This document shows positions 38,280 through 51,105 of a DNA stretch of 64,000 nucleotides, in pieces. A program made the position numbers and the translations under genes. Every line of letters begins with the position of its first letter. The first letter of the stretch is position 1. The notes beneath the pieces were generated by a model, which was not told where the DNA came from, did not search any database, and saw only the letters and a list, made by a program, of their open reading frames with translations. Origin of the DNA: Octopus sinensis (taxonomy: Eukaryota); the NCBI RefSeq assembly GCF_006345805.1, contig NC_043000.1, positions 117,738,001-117,802,000 of the forward strand. Reading direction: 5' to 3'.

Positions 38280-39906
38280 GTGTGTGTATGTATGTTTGTG
38301 TGTATGTGTGTGTAAGTATGTATGCGTGTATGTATGTGTGTGTATATATCTGTGTATGTGTGTGTATGTACGTATGTATGTGTATGTGTGTATGTATGTT
38401 TGTGTGTGTGTATGTATGTATGTATGTGTGTATGTATGTATATGTGTATGTGTGTATGTATGTGTGTATATATATGTATGTGTGTATGTATGTATGTATG
38501 TGTGTATGTATGTATTTATGTATGTATGTACGTGTGTATGTATGCGTGTATGTATGTATATATGTATTGTGTGTATGTATGTGTGTCTTTGTATGTATGT
38601 ATGTATGTATGTATGTATTTATGTATGTATGTATGTGTGTGTGTATGTGTGTGTATGTATGTATGTGTGCGTGTATGTATGTGTGTGTGTATGTGTGTGT
38701 ATGTATGTATGTGTGCGTGTATGTATGTATGTATGTATGTGTGTATGTTGTGTGTATGTATGTATGTATGCATGCATGTATATATGTATGTATGTATTGT
38801 GTGTGTGTATGTATGTGTGTATGTATATATGTATGTATGTATGTATGTGGTGTATATATGTATGTATGTATGTTGTATGTGGTGTGTATGTATGTATGTG
38901 TTGTGTGTGTAAGTATGTATGCGTGTATGTATGTGTGTATGTATGTGTGTGTATATATCTGTGTATGTGTGTGTATGTACGTATGTATGTATGTATGTGT
39001 TTATGTATGTTTGTATGTGTGTATGTATGTATGTATGTGTGTATGTATGTATATGTGTATGTGTGTATGTATGTGTGTATATATATGTATGTGTGTATGT
39101 ATGTATGTATGTGTGTATGTATGTATTTATGTATGTATGTACGTGTGTATGTATGCGTGTATGTATGTATATATGTATTGTGTGTATGTGTCTTTGTATG
39201 TATGTATGTATGTATGTATGTATGTATTTATGTATGTATGTATGTGTGTGTGTATGTGTGTATGTATGTATGTGTGTGTGTATGTGTGCATGTATGTATG
39301 TATGTATGCATGTGTGCATGTGTGTATGTATGTATGTGTGTATGTATGTATATATGTATGTATGTGTGTGTGTATGTATGTATATGTGTATGTGTAAGTA
39401 TGTATGCGTGTATGTATGTCTTTGTGTGTATGTATGTATGTATGTATGTATGTATGTATGTATGTGTGTATGTGTGTGTAAGTATGTATGTGTGTATGTA
39501 TGTGTGTATGTATGTATGTGTGTGTATATATGTACGTATGTGTGTGTATGTACGTATGTATGTATGTGTTTATGTATGTATGCATGTATGTATGTATGTA
39601 TGTATGTATGCATGTGTGCCTGTGTGTATGTATGTATGTTTGTATGTGTTTATATATGTGTGTATGTATGTGTGCATGTGTGTATGTATGTGTGTATGTA
39701 TGTATGCGTGTATGTATGTATGTATGTATGTATGTGTGTGTATGTATGTATGCGTGTATGTGTGTGTAAGTATGTATGCGTGTATGTATGTGTGTATGTA
39801 TGTGTGTGTATATATGTATGTACTTGTGTTTGTATGTACGTATGTATGTGTGTATGTGTCTTTGTATGTATGTATGTATGTATGTATGTATGTATGTATG
39901 TATGTA
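37884..39906. repeat. ~2-kb (TATG/TG)n array with ~600-bp higher-order duplication
   Basis: Variant blocks gtaagtatgtatgcg, atatatctgtg and gtctttgtatg recur at ~597-610-bp offsets. Confidence 0.95.
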
Positions 39907-39944
39907 TCTGCTGGCACCGCGTGGAGCTCATAAACAATATACAA

Positions 39945-40125
39945 TACTGCTTAGCGGTATTTCGTCTGCCGCTACGTTCTGAGTTCAAATTCCGCCGAGG
40001 TCGACTTTGCCTTTGATAATTTCGGAGTCGATTAAATAAATACCAGTTACGCATTGGGGTCGATATAATCAACTTATTCCTCTGTCTGTCCTTGCTTGTC
40101 CCCTCTATGTTTAGCCCCTATGGGC
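39945..40125 (+). mobile_element. SINE family B
   Basis: gcttagcggtatttcgtctgccgctacgttctgagttcaaattccgccgagg. Confidence 0.85.
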
Positions 40126-40805
40126 AATAAATAAATACATACATACATACAAACATACATACATACATACACACATACATACATCCCAACATACATACAT
40201 ACAAACATACATACAAACATACATACATACATACATACATACATACATACATACATACATACATTCATACATACATACATGCATACACATGCACACTGAC
40301 TTATACACATCTGCAGATACAAAGAAACAAACACAAAAATAATGCATCTCTGATAACGGACAGAGTGAACGACCATTGAAGAGGTTGCAAGACGCAACGA
40401 AAACTTTAGAGAAAATAAATAAGTAACCGAGTGGAAATCGAACCGGTGCGTGTGGTAAGTAATAAGGCACTAAAAGAGAATGACCCTCCCAGACACAATA
40501 ATTTAATATTATTTCAGGAAATAATATGTTCTGTGTCCGAATTCCACCAAGGTCGTCTTTCCCATTCATCTTTTCGGGGTCGATAAAATTTGCGCCCTTA
40601 GGGGACTGGAGTCGATGTAATTGGACCTGACTCGTCCCATGAATTGGCACAAAGTAAAATGGATTATTTAGCATGAGAATAACGGTTTCGAATTTTGACA
40701 CAAATCAAACTAGTAAGGATTTGAACTCAGGACGTTAAGACGAACAAAATATCCCTAAGAATTTCTCCAGGCGCGGTAACATATTCTGCCAGCCCACCGC
40801 CTTGC

Positions 40806-40839
<34 letters not shown>

Positions 40840-40895
40840 TAGTAGTAGTAGTAGTAGTAGTAGTTAGTAGTAATAATAATAATAATAATATTCCA

Positions 40896-41685
40896 AGGCG
40901 GCGAGCTGGCTGAAACGTTAGTACGCCGGACAAAATGCGTAGTCGTATTTCGTCTGCCGTTACGTTCTGAGTTCAAATTCCGCCTAAGTCGACTTTGCCT
41001 TTCCTTCTTTCGGGGTCGATAAATTAGATACCATTTACGCACAGGGATCAATATAATCGACTTAATCCGTTTGTCTGTCCTTGTTTACCCCCTCTCTGTT
41101 TAGCCTCATGTGGGTAGTAAAGAAATAGGTATTTCGTCTGCCTATGAGTTCTGAGTTCAAATTCCGCCGAGGTCGACTTTGCTTTTCATCCTTTCGGGGT
41201 CGCTTAAATAAGTACCAGTTACGCACTAAGGTCGATATAATTGACTTAATCCGTTTGTCTTCCCTTGTTTGTCCTCTCTGTGTTTAGCCCCTTGTGGGTA
41301 GTAAAGAAATAGGTATTAATTTATCGTTCCCGAAAGGATGAAAGGCAAGGCTGACCTCGGTCGAATTTGATCTCCGAACGTAGCTACGGGCGAAATATCA
41401 CTTAGAATTTCGTCCAGTGCGCTAACGAGTCTACCGGATCGCCGCCTTTCTAATAATAATGATAATAATCCCTTCTATTATAGGCACAAGGCTTGCAATT
41501 TTGGGGCATGGCGACAGTCAATCACATCAACCCCAGTACTCAACTGGTACTTGATCTATCGACTCCAAAAGGATGAAGGGTAAAGTCAACCTCGGCGGAA
41601 TTTGAACTCAGAACGTAGCGACGGGCGTAATGCCGCTAAGCATTTCGTCCAACGTACTAACAATTCTGCCTACTCGCCACCTTAA
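40896..41685. mobile_element. SINE B cluster: tandem + copy (40896-41320) and minus copies (41320-41450, 41470-41685)
   Basis: aaggcggcgagctggc head; unit repeated after gggtagtaaagaaataggtatttcgtc. Confidence 0.85.
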
Positions 41686-41924
41686 AAAACATATTTTTCT
41701 TTTGTTGTACAGGTAATATTTTATATTAAAGTGATATATCAACAACTCTATTCATAATTATTTTTATTATTATTACGAAATATTATTAAAATAAATGATT
41801 ACATTTACAATACAGAAATATTAACAATTGATATTTTTTTTATGTGTCATTCAGAGTTATTTCCCTTGTATTTTGATTCGACATGGATATTTAGCAAACT
41901 TGAATGCTTATAAAATAGGTGTAA

Positions 41925-41990
<66 letters not shown>

Positions 41991-42057
41991 AACATACACA
42001 CACGCACGCACGCACGCACACACACGCACGCACGCACACACACACACACATATATTG

Positions 42058-42705
42058 GTGCAGGCGTGGTTGTGTGGTAAAATGCCTGCTCCCCCCATCC
42101 ATGTGGCTCCAGGTTCAGTGCTTCTGCGTGGCACCTTGGGCAAGTGTCTTCTACTATAGCCTCGGGCCGACCAAAGCCTTGAGAGTGGATTTGGTTGACA
42201 GAAACTGAAAGAAGCACACCGTATATATATAAATATATGTATATGTGTGTATACATAACTTACGTATGTTTGTATGCGTGTAGGTATGTATACACGAGGG
42301 GGTTACTCTTTTTACTCTTTTACTTGTTTCAGTCATTTGACTGCGGCCATGCTGGAGCACCGCCTTTAGTCGAGCAAATCGACCTCGGGACTTATTCTTT
42401 GTAAGTCTAGTACTTATTCTATCGGTCTCTTTTGCCGAACCGCTAAGTAACGGGGACGTAAATACACTAGCATCGGTTATTAAGCAATGCTAGGGGGACA
42501 AACACAGACACACAAACACATACATATACATATATATACATATATACGACGGGCTTCTTTCAGTTTCCGTCTACCAAATCCACTCACAAGGCATTGGTCG
42601 GCCCGGGGCTATAGCAGAAGACACTTGCCCAAGATGCCACGCAGTGGGACTGAACCCGGAAAATGTGGTTGGTTAGCAAGCTACTTACCACATAGCCACT
42701 CCTGT
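42058..42705. mobile_element. Convergent SINE A pair (+ 5' half 42058-42235; - full 42305-42705)
   Basis: Family A heads on both strands. Confidence 0.85.
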
Positions 42706-43179
42706 GTTGAAAAGTTCCTGGCTTTGGGTTAAAGAAAATACAGGAGGATCAGTTAATTGTGATTTTATTCTACATATTCCTCTCTCAGATTTACACACTT
42801 ATTGGCAGCGGTCCTTCATTTTTTCTAAGACCTCTAAAAGAACTCAGAAGGTTGGGCCTCCGACTAGGCCTTTCGAGAAACCCTTAAAGCCAAGAACTTT
42901 TCAGCATTCTCTGGAGTATGTGTGTGTGTATGTGTGTATATATGTGTGTGCGTGCGTGTGCGTGTGTGAATGTGTGTATGTATGTCTATATGTTGCTTCA
43001 TGACGTCATACGAGAAAAGAGTGCTCAATGCACGTTGTAGAGGATTTGGCTTTTATTGGAACTGAAACTGAGAATTTTAGCTGCAATAAAAAAAACTACA
43101 TACATACATACGTACATACATACATACATAAATACACACAGAATCATACATACACACAGGTACGTGCGTACGTACATAC

Positions 43180-44130
43180 GTAGATATTGACTGGGAGGCC
43201 GCAAAGTGCAGACGATTTCCTCGAACTGGTGCTGAATTCAAATTGGTCCCAAGTCGTTACCTCCCCCACAAGGGGTAACAACACTTTTGATCTACTATTT
43301 ACCGCTTCTCCTGAAACAATTATTAGTGTCACTACTGAAGAACCTTTAGGTGACTCAGATCATTCCATGATTATGGCCGACTTTTCTCTGATTGGTTGTG
43401 ACAAAAACCACAACCATCTTCAAACTGCCCGCTTCGACTGGAATAAAGCAGACTGGAACTCTTATTGTACCGAGCTGCGACGCCCAAATTGGCTCGACTT
43501 TTATGCCTCTGGAGATGTGAACACTATGCCACAGAACATTCTGAATTCAATATGGACGGCATGTGCAGCATCAGTACCACGCAAGCACAAAAAACCACCC
43601 AATAGTGCAATTTAGGAGACTGCAGTCCGACGTGCCAGGAAAGAACGCCTTAATGCTGAACAGGAATACAAAATGCACAAATCAGAGATCAACAGGAAAA
43701 AGCGCAATAGATCATCCAACCATCTCAAGCAGATGACAAAAAAGACAGTGCTTGAATTCGAACAGCGCATAGCAACCAACTCTGACAGCAAAGTGTTCTG
43801 GAAGTATGTACATTCAAAACAGAGATCTCACTCTCCAGTTGGTCCCCTTCGCAATCCCCACACAGGCCAGATTACTGACAATCCCAAAGAGTGTGCAAAA
43901 ATCATTGCTGGATGCTATGCAGGCATCTTTACTGTCGAAGATCAAAATGTTCCATCTCCATCACCTCTGATACCGGACTTTATAACTACTATGAAATTTA
44001 CACAAGCAATGCTACAAAGTCACCTTAAAAATAAACGTAACTATGCCTCTCCTGGTCTCGATAGTGTTATAAACGCGGTGGGTGCTTTCTTCTAAACCAA
44101 CTTTCACTATTCTTTCAATTCTGTCTTGAA
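43180..44130 (+). pseudogene. LINE ORF2 fragment (CR1/L2/Jockey-type): APE endonuclease C-terminus through the pre-RT linker
   Basis: QVVTSPTRGNNTFDLLF, LGDSDH, KADW, KVFWKYV, SPGLD motifs in ORFs 43187-43615 and 43673-44095; in-frame stop between them; RT domain absent. Confidence 0.88.
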
Positions 44131-44623
44131 TATTAATTTAATTAACATCAATTTAAAACCAATAGCCTAGCATATAGAAAAATCTGAAAATTCAGAAAAA
44201 TTGTAATATTCAATTTATCACCCTCATTATTTAAATTTTAAATAATTATGTTCTCTAACCGGCAACATTAACTGCAGTAAATTATCTACTGCGGAACTGT
44301 TTCCGGGATTTGGCGCGCCAGAACTTAGACATTTGAAAATAACCCCAATGTAATCGGTAGAACTCGTGTATAGTTCTATAAATTATACTGAATTGGAACG
44401 ATCGTACTGAAGAGTCCACGGACGATGATTACGTAAGTAAAATCGTTAATGACGATTAATTCTGTATTTTATATATGTTCATCTGTCATACCCGCTTATG
44501 TTCTGGTGTTTGCTGAATTTCTCTAGAGAACATTCTTTTCTCTGTGATTAGATTGTAGATGATCTTCTTCTAGCATATTGGATGTCCACTTACTGGTCAT
44601 CCCTTATTATACGTGTGTGTATA

Positions 44624-44683
<60 letters not shown>

Positions 44684-44757
44684 TGTATTCATTAAAAGAA
44701 GAAAACAAAATGGAGATAAGGAAGTTAATAATTGTTTATCATTAGCAACAAATTGGT

Positions 44758-44851
44758 CATCTTCACTTACAGCCGTTTCAATTAATACTCAATAAACAGT
44801 AAATTTATATTAATGTGACATGAGCACAATATCATCAGAGGAAAAAAGATG
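44758..44851 (-). ncRNA. Type-I hammerhead motif with long stem II
   Basis: Minus: catctt..cct CTGATGA [~52 nt] GAA ACGGCTGT A agtgaagatg. Confidence 0.62.
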
Positions 44852-44943
44852 TACATTTGGATGTTATATGTGTGCTTATAAATTATGTGTGCGTGAGTCT
44901 GCTAAAATGAATTCATAAGTACACATATAACATCCAAATGTAT

Positions 44944-45035
44944 ATCTTTTTCCTCTGATGATATTATGTTCATGTCACATAAATGTAAATATAAAGTTTA
45001 TTCAGTATTAATTTAAACAGCTGTAAGTGAAGATG
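44944..45035 (+). ncRNA. Type-I hammerhead motif, inverted sister copy (G12 mutated)
   Basis: cct CTGATGA(44955-44961) ... TAA ACAGCTGT A agtgaagatg. Confidence 0.5.
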
Positions 45036-45264
45036 ACCAATTTGCTGTTAATATATTTCTAAATAATGATTAACTTCTTAATGCCCATTTTCTTTTTTCT
45101 TTTAAATGAATATAAACTAAATGTTTCCATATATATCTGTTACTTTAAGGAAATCCATTTCCCCAAAATACAAGGTACTGAACCAATATTTCCTTGGTTG
45201 AAGCCATCCCTTCATGAGGTTTACGCATCCTCTAATTATATATATACACATACACATACACACA

Positions 45265-45318
<54 letters not shown>

Positions 45319-45358
45319 ACACACACACACATATATATATATACACGCGTACACACAC

Positions 45359-45391
<33 letters not shown>

Positions 45392-45602
45392 TGTATGTAT
45401 GTATGTATGTATGTATGTATGTATGTGTAAAGTACTAGTGGCAGAACCAATTGTATGATTTATTAATTTAAATAATTTGGGAAAATGAATTTCCAAATCA
45501 GTCAGGTACAACCCTTTAGTATTACATGCATCTGCATATCGTTCAGTCGGGCCTTGATAATAAAATATTTATATATTTATCTGGAAATATACAATATATA
45601 TA

Positions 45603-46850
45603 TTGGGTTGTCCGGAAAGTTCGTGCCGATTTATAGTAGCTTACCTTTCGACTTATTTTAGAACATGGTTGAGTCCATAAAATAGGATTTGACTACACCT
45701 CCTTTAGAGCACAGTTTAAGTTATCTTTTCGTGGAAGAAGGTTTATGTTCCTATATCCTATGTTAATTCTGTAACCCTTTAAAATGGAAGATAAGAAAGT
45801 TCATTTTCGGCACTTGATGCTTTTCTTTTTCCGTAAAGGGAAAAATGCCTCACAAGCAACCAAAGAAATATGCGCAGTTTATGGTGATGTTTCTTTATCC
45901 GAAAGAACTGTACAGAAGTGGTTCGCAAGGTTCCGAGCTGGAGATTGTAGCCTTATTGAAAAAGAGCGATCAGGCAGACCATCCATTACAGATGACGACC
46001 AAATCAAGTCATTAATTGAGAATAACCCACATTGCACAACCAGAAAATTGGCAGAAAGCCTCAACCTATCAAAATCCGTCGTCCATGAGCACCTGGTAAA
46101 GCTTGGATACACAAATGGCTACGATGTTTGGGTACCACATGAGTTGAGTGAGAAGAACCTTTTGGATCGTATTTCCATCTGGGATTCGCTTTATAAACGG
46201 AATGAAAACGCACATTTTTTAAAGCAAATTGTGACAGGTGATGAGAAATGGATTATCTACCGAAATGTTCAGAGAAAGCGATCCTGGAGTAAGCGACATG
46301 AGCCACCCTTAGCCACCCCAAAAGCGGGTCTTCACCCTAAAAAAGTCTTGCTTTGTGTCTGGTGGGATTGGAAAAGAATTCTGTACTATGAGCTTCTCCC
46401 AAGAAACCAGACAATTAATTCTGAGAAAGACTGCACACAACTGGACGAGTTAAAAGCAGCAATTCAAGAGAAACGTCCAGAATTGGCGAACAGGGAGGGT
46501 GTTGTTTTCCAACATGATAATGCAAGAACCAGACAAAAATTGCTGCAGCTCGGCTGGGATGTGTTACCCCACCCTCCATATTCACCAGATATTGCTCCTT
46601 CGGATTTCCACTTATTCAGGTATCTGTAGAATAGTATTAATGGTAAAAATTTCAATTCCTTGGATGACGTAAAAAGATACCATGAAACCACCTGAATTCT
46701 GGGAAGAGGGTATTTTCAAGTTAAAGGAAAGATGGAGACGCATTTTGCAACAAAATGGTTCATATTTGGTTGATTAAAAATGTAATGGCAAGTATTTATT
46801 GACCTTTTTCTTTCCTTTAAAAATCGGCACGAACTTTCCGGACAACCCGA
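45603..46850 (+). mobile_element. Near full-length mariner (mellifera-subfamily-like), 1248 bp, TA TSD
   Basis: 30-bp TIRs ttgggttgtccggaaagttcgtgccgattt / aaatcggcacgaactttccggacaacccga, with TA on both sides. Confidence 0.95.
45784..46777 (+). pseudogene. Mariner transposase pseudogene
   Basis: WVPHEL, GDEKW, HDNA and YSPDIAPSD motifs. Only 28 aa between the 2nd and 3rd catalytic D (34 expected). Premature TAG at 46627. Shifted C-terminus KPPEFWEEGIFKLKERWRRILQQNGSYLVD*. Confidence 0.93.
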
Positions 46851-46939
46851 TAATCGAAATTAATAATAATTCAGTTGGGGGATTAATAGATATGCTGGTA
46901 TTCTATTTCAGATAATACAAATTTCGAGATATATATACT

Positions 46940-47345
46940 CTTTACTCTTTTAGTTGTTTCAGTCATTTGATTGCGGCCATGCTGGAGCACCGCCTTTAAT
47001 CGAGCAACTCGACCCCAGGACTTATTCTTTTGTAAGCCCAGTACTTATTTTATCGGTCTCTTTTTGCCGAACCGCTAAGTAACGGGGACATAAACATACC
47101 AGCATCGGTTGTCAAGCAATGCTAGGGGGGACAAACACAGACACACAAACATACACACATATATATATATATACATATATACGACAGGCTTCTTTCAGTT
47201 TCCGTCTACCAAATCCACTCACAAGGCATTGGTCGGCCAGGGGCTATAGCAGAAGACACTTGCCCAAGATGCCACACAGTGGGACTGAACCCGGAACCAT
47301 GTGGTTGGTTAGCAAGCTACTTACCACACAGCCACTCCTGCGCCT
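46940..47345 (-). mobile_element. SINE family A, full length
   Basis: tactctttactcttttagttgtttcagtc...ccactcctgcgcc. Confidence 0.92.
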
Positions 47346-47593
47346 AATTATACTAATTTATATTTATAATGTATAATTTATAATTTATATTTTTTAATGC
47401 TTAATTTAATGTTTAATTTAACGCTTAATTTTAAAGTGATGTAAAATTAGATTAACAATATTTTTAAAAAGAACCTGAAGATGTGTTGGTAGAGTTGTAA
47501 ATCTGATGACTGCATATATATATATAAGAATTTTTTGCGTAATAAGATAAAAAATCAAGGCTGTATAGATATTAGAGCATTTATAGATAGAAG

Positions 47594-47645
47594 GTCTTAC
47601 AGCTGTTTCTAAGATATTAATTAATAATGTCCCTTCATCGGAGAC
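47594..47645 (-). ncRNA. Minimal type-I hammerhead motif (U4C variant)
   Basis: Minus: gtct CCGATGA a gggac-attattaattaa-tatctta GAA ACAGCTGT A agac. Confidence 0.62.
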
Positions 47646-47892
47646 GGTGTGAGAGGACAAATTAAGTCATAGTTAGTTTCGATGTGATACAAATAGAGAG
47701 TGAGGTGGAGGAAAAAAAATAGATGTGAGATATGTATGGGTATTGAATTTGTAAATCCGTTTTATAGGCATAATGGTATATATGCAATATTCCAACATCC
47801 TATGAGTAAAATCCAAAAGTCCAACAGAGTTTAATTTGAGTCCTTCCAAATGTATGTATGTATGCATGTATGTATGTATGTATGCATGTATG

Positions 47893-47923
<31 letters not shown>

Positions 47924-48298
47924 TTTTGTATGTGTGTGTGTATGTATGTATGTAATTTTGTGTGTATGTATGTATGTATGTATGTAATTTTGTATGTATG
48001 TGTGTGTGTATGTATGTATGTGTGTGTGTGTGTGTGTGGTATGTATGTATGTATGTATGTATGTATGTATGTATGTATGTATGTATGTATGTGTGTTTGT
48101 ATGTATTATAATCTTACAATACTGAAACACGTGTAGTTCCTGCATAATTGATTATTTTAATTTTAACTTAACTAGGAGATAATTAAGGATATATTTGATA
48201 CCCTGCTGGTATACTGGTTATATCCTTTACAGTATTATTTCATGATGTACAAATAGATACCACGAGTTTACCTTCAGAAATACTCGTTAGGATTTTTT

Positions 48299-48503
48299 TT
48301 TGTATTATCTGAAATAGAATATCCACATATTTATTGAACCCCAAAACTGAATTATTATTGATTTCTTTTATATATTTTGTATATTTCTAGATAAATATAT
48401 AAATATATTATAATCAAGACCCCACTGAACGATATGCAGATGCATATAATGCTAAAGGGTTGTACCTGATTGATTTGGAAATTCGTTTTCCCAAATTATT
48501 TAA
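48299..48503 (-). repeat. Uninterrupted inverted paralog of the repeat into which the 45603 mariner inserted
   Basis: Reverse complement matches 45467-45602 joined to 46851-46920. Confidence 0.8.
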
Positions 48504-48507
48504 ATAT

Positions 48508-48604
<97 letters not shown>

Positions 48605-48702
48605 ATATATGTGTATATATATATGTATATAATGTCAAATCAAATTAAACGAACATTAAAAATAACAATACCAATCAAGAGGTCACGGAACATAGTTTGA
48701 CG

Positions 48703-48753
<51 letters not shown>

Positions 48754-48779
48754 CATGGTGTATGTGTGTATGTTTGTGT

Positions 48780-49030
48780 GTGTATGTGTATCTGTGTTTG
48801 TGTTTGTCCCCACCACAACCACCACCACTACCGCTTGACGGAGTAGGTACATTTATATCCACATAACTTAGCGTTTCTGCGAAAGTGATCGATACAATAA
48901 ATACCAGGCTTTACAAAAAAGTACTAGGGTTAATTCATTCAATTGGAAATCTTTCAAAGCTGTGCCTCAGTATGGCGATAGTCAGATGACTAAAACAAGC
49001 TAAAGATATAAAATAAAAGATAAATGAGTA
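48780..49030 (+). mobile_element. SINE family A, 3' half, diverged
   Basis: gtgtttgtccc...acataacttagcg...gactaaaacaagctaaaga. Confidence 0.7.
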
Positions 49031-49649
49031 AAAAAATATAGAGCTGAAACCGGTCTGCTTAATATGCGATATCATATATTTGACCTCTCATCACCTTGAC
49101 GTTCATAATGATTGTATACATATTCATTTATTATGATCATATACACTCAACATGATGTTGGACAGGATAATTCCTTCTTCATACAGATATTAAACATAAC
49201 ATGTAGACTGCAGACCCTTCAGATAAAAGGCGAACATTTTCTCCTTTAAAAGTGAGAATGAATGAGCCATAAAACCTCTTTTTTTCTCAGTTCTGTAATC
49301 TGTAATATTTCCATATTTTCTGTGTCGTTTGGTAAGCTTTGCTGTGGTCTGTTTAATGTCTGAATATAAGGAATCATAACCAGAAACTTCTCACTTTGTG
49401 CCACATTAACATAATTTTGAACTTAATTTAGGAACGTAATAATTCACTGTAAGTAATGTAATCTTGTTAGTTAATTAAGTAGAAGCGGAAGAAGAGGGCT
49501 AGGGTGGGGTTGTTCTTTTAAGTTATTGGGTCTAACGATGCAAATGTCCTGTTTTGAAAATACGCACAAAAAAAATAATAATTCTGACACGAAAATGTCT
49601 TACAATACAAATAACTTTTCTACAAAAGTTAGAAGATAGAATGCGTCGT

Positions 49650-50190
49650 AAAAAGCTTGCTTCCCAACTACATGGTTTAGGGTTCAGTCCCACAGCGTGG
49701 TACCTCAGGCAATTGCCTTCTACTATAGTCTCGTGCCTTGTAAGTGGATTTTGTAGGCGGAAACTGAAAGAAGATGAATTAAGTACCAGTTGCATACTGG
49801 GGTTGATCTAATCGACTGCCCCCCCTCCCCCAAAATTTTGGGCCTTGTGCCTAGAGTAAAAAAGAATATTTATCTTGCTCGACTCCAGGTTTCTGTTGCG
49901 GTCTCTCAGCCAATCAATTGCTCTTCCGTTTTTCACTTCTGGAATCAGGCTTCAGTGAAAGCACGTGGCCTAGCGGTTAGGGTGTTGTACTCACGAATCA
50001 CAAGGTCGTAGTTTCGCTTCCCGGGCCGGGAAAGAGCTAAACACTTCATTTCATGTTGCTTAAGTCCACCCAACTGTAAATGATTAACTCCGCGATGGAC
50101 TGACGTCATATTCAGTGGGAATGTTGTCGTTCTCGGTCACTTATAGAAACCAGATAACCGACTCTATGATTCCTAAGGCTTAAGGCACAA
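49650..50190 (+). mobile_element. Nested SINE remnants (A head 49650-49775, B tail 49780-49870, D 49960-50190)
   Basis: Family-diagnostic motifs; cgcgatggactgacgtc in the D part. Confidence 0.65.
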
Positions 50191-50529
50191 CACAAACAAA
50201 GCAGACTTCAAACGCCTCTTTATTTCCCTCTTAAGTACGAGAACCAGCCATTAAAAGGAAAAAACCTTTACCACCGTTTAACATGGATTTTAAAAAGAAT
50301 TACTGAAATGTTTCTGGTCTTTGTAATTAAAGTCTAATCCGTACAACTCTGTAATCTATTCATTCCCGCCCCGCATCACTTTTATGAATTTTATTCGTAA
50401 TTATCTCGTTTTATCTCGTTTAAATTACGTTTCCATCCAGCAGTAATCTCGGTCGCCGTATACTTCATATTTTCCACACTTTAATATCCCTAAAATCTTT
50501 TAATTCAGGATATGGTAAACGGATACAGA

Positions 50530-50634
50530 TAATTTCACTGTGTGACACCTTGGGTGAATGTCTTCTACTATAGCTCGGAGCCGATTAGTGTCTTGTGAGA
50601 GAATCTGGTGGACAGAAACTGTGTGGAATCCCGT

Positions 50635-50697
<63 letters not shown>

Positions 50698-51105
50698 CTG
50701 TAATATGATATGTGACGATTATTCGGTTGCCATAATAAAACTCCGAGTTTCGGATGTCGGGGTGGAAATCTGCTCCGGCATCTCGTCAGTTATTTAGACA
50801 AACAAAAATGCATTTTTTATTATGGCAACTGAATAATTGTCACATATTACAGATAAATTTCTCTATTTACATAATATCGAGGTCTCTTTCATTCTTTTGT
50901 TGTCATACTATTACTATTAATATATATATATATATATTCATACACACAACGGGCTTTCGTAAAGTTTCTGTCTACCAAATCCACTCACAAGGTTTTGGTC
51001 GCCCCGAGGGTATAGTAGAAGGCATTTACCCAAGGTACCATACTGTAGGACTGAATCCAGAACCTTGTGGTTGTGAAGCAAATTTCTTACCACACAGTCA
51101 CGCCT
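50530..51105. mobile_element. Diverged SINE A heads in opposite orientation (+ 50530-50640; - 50940-51105)
   Basis: gtgacaccttgggtgaatgtcttctactatagc; ctaccaaatccactcacaagg. Confidence 0.7.

Larger units (their letters stand above)
44738..45054. repeat. Fold-back of two inverted hammerhead-bearing units (~146-bp arms, 25-nt spacer)
   Basis: 44738-44884 is approximately the reverse complement of 44910-45054. Confidence 0.88.

Noticed and set aside
38056-39933. 625-aa and other long [12 protein letters not shown] ORFs
   Set aside because: These are translations of TATG/TA/CA microsatellites, which lack stops in some frames; there is no protein signal.
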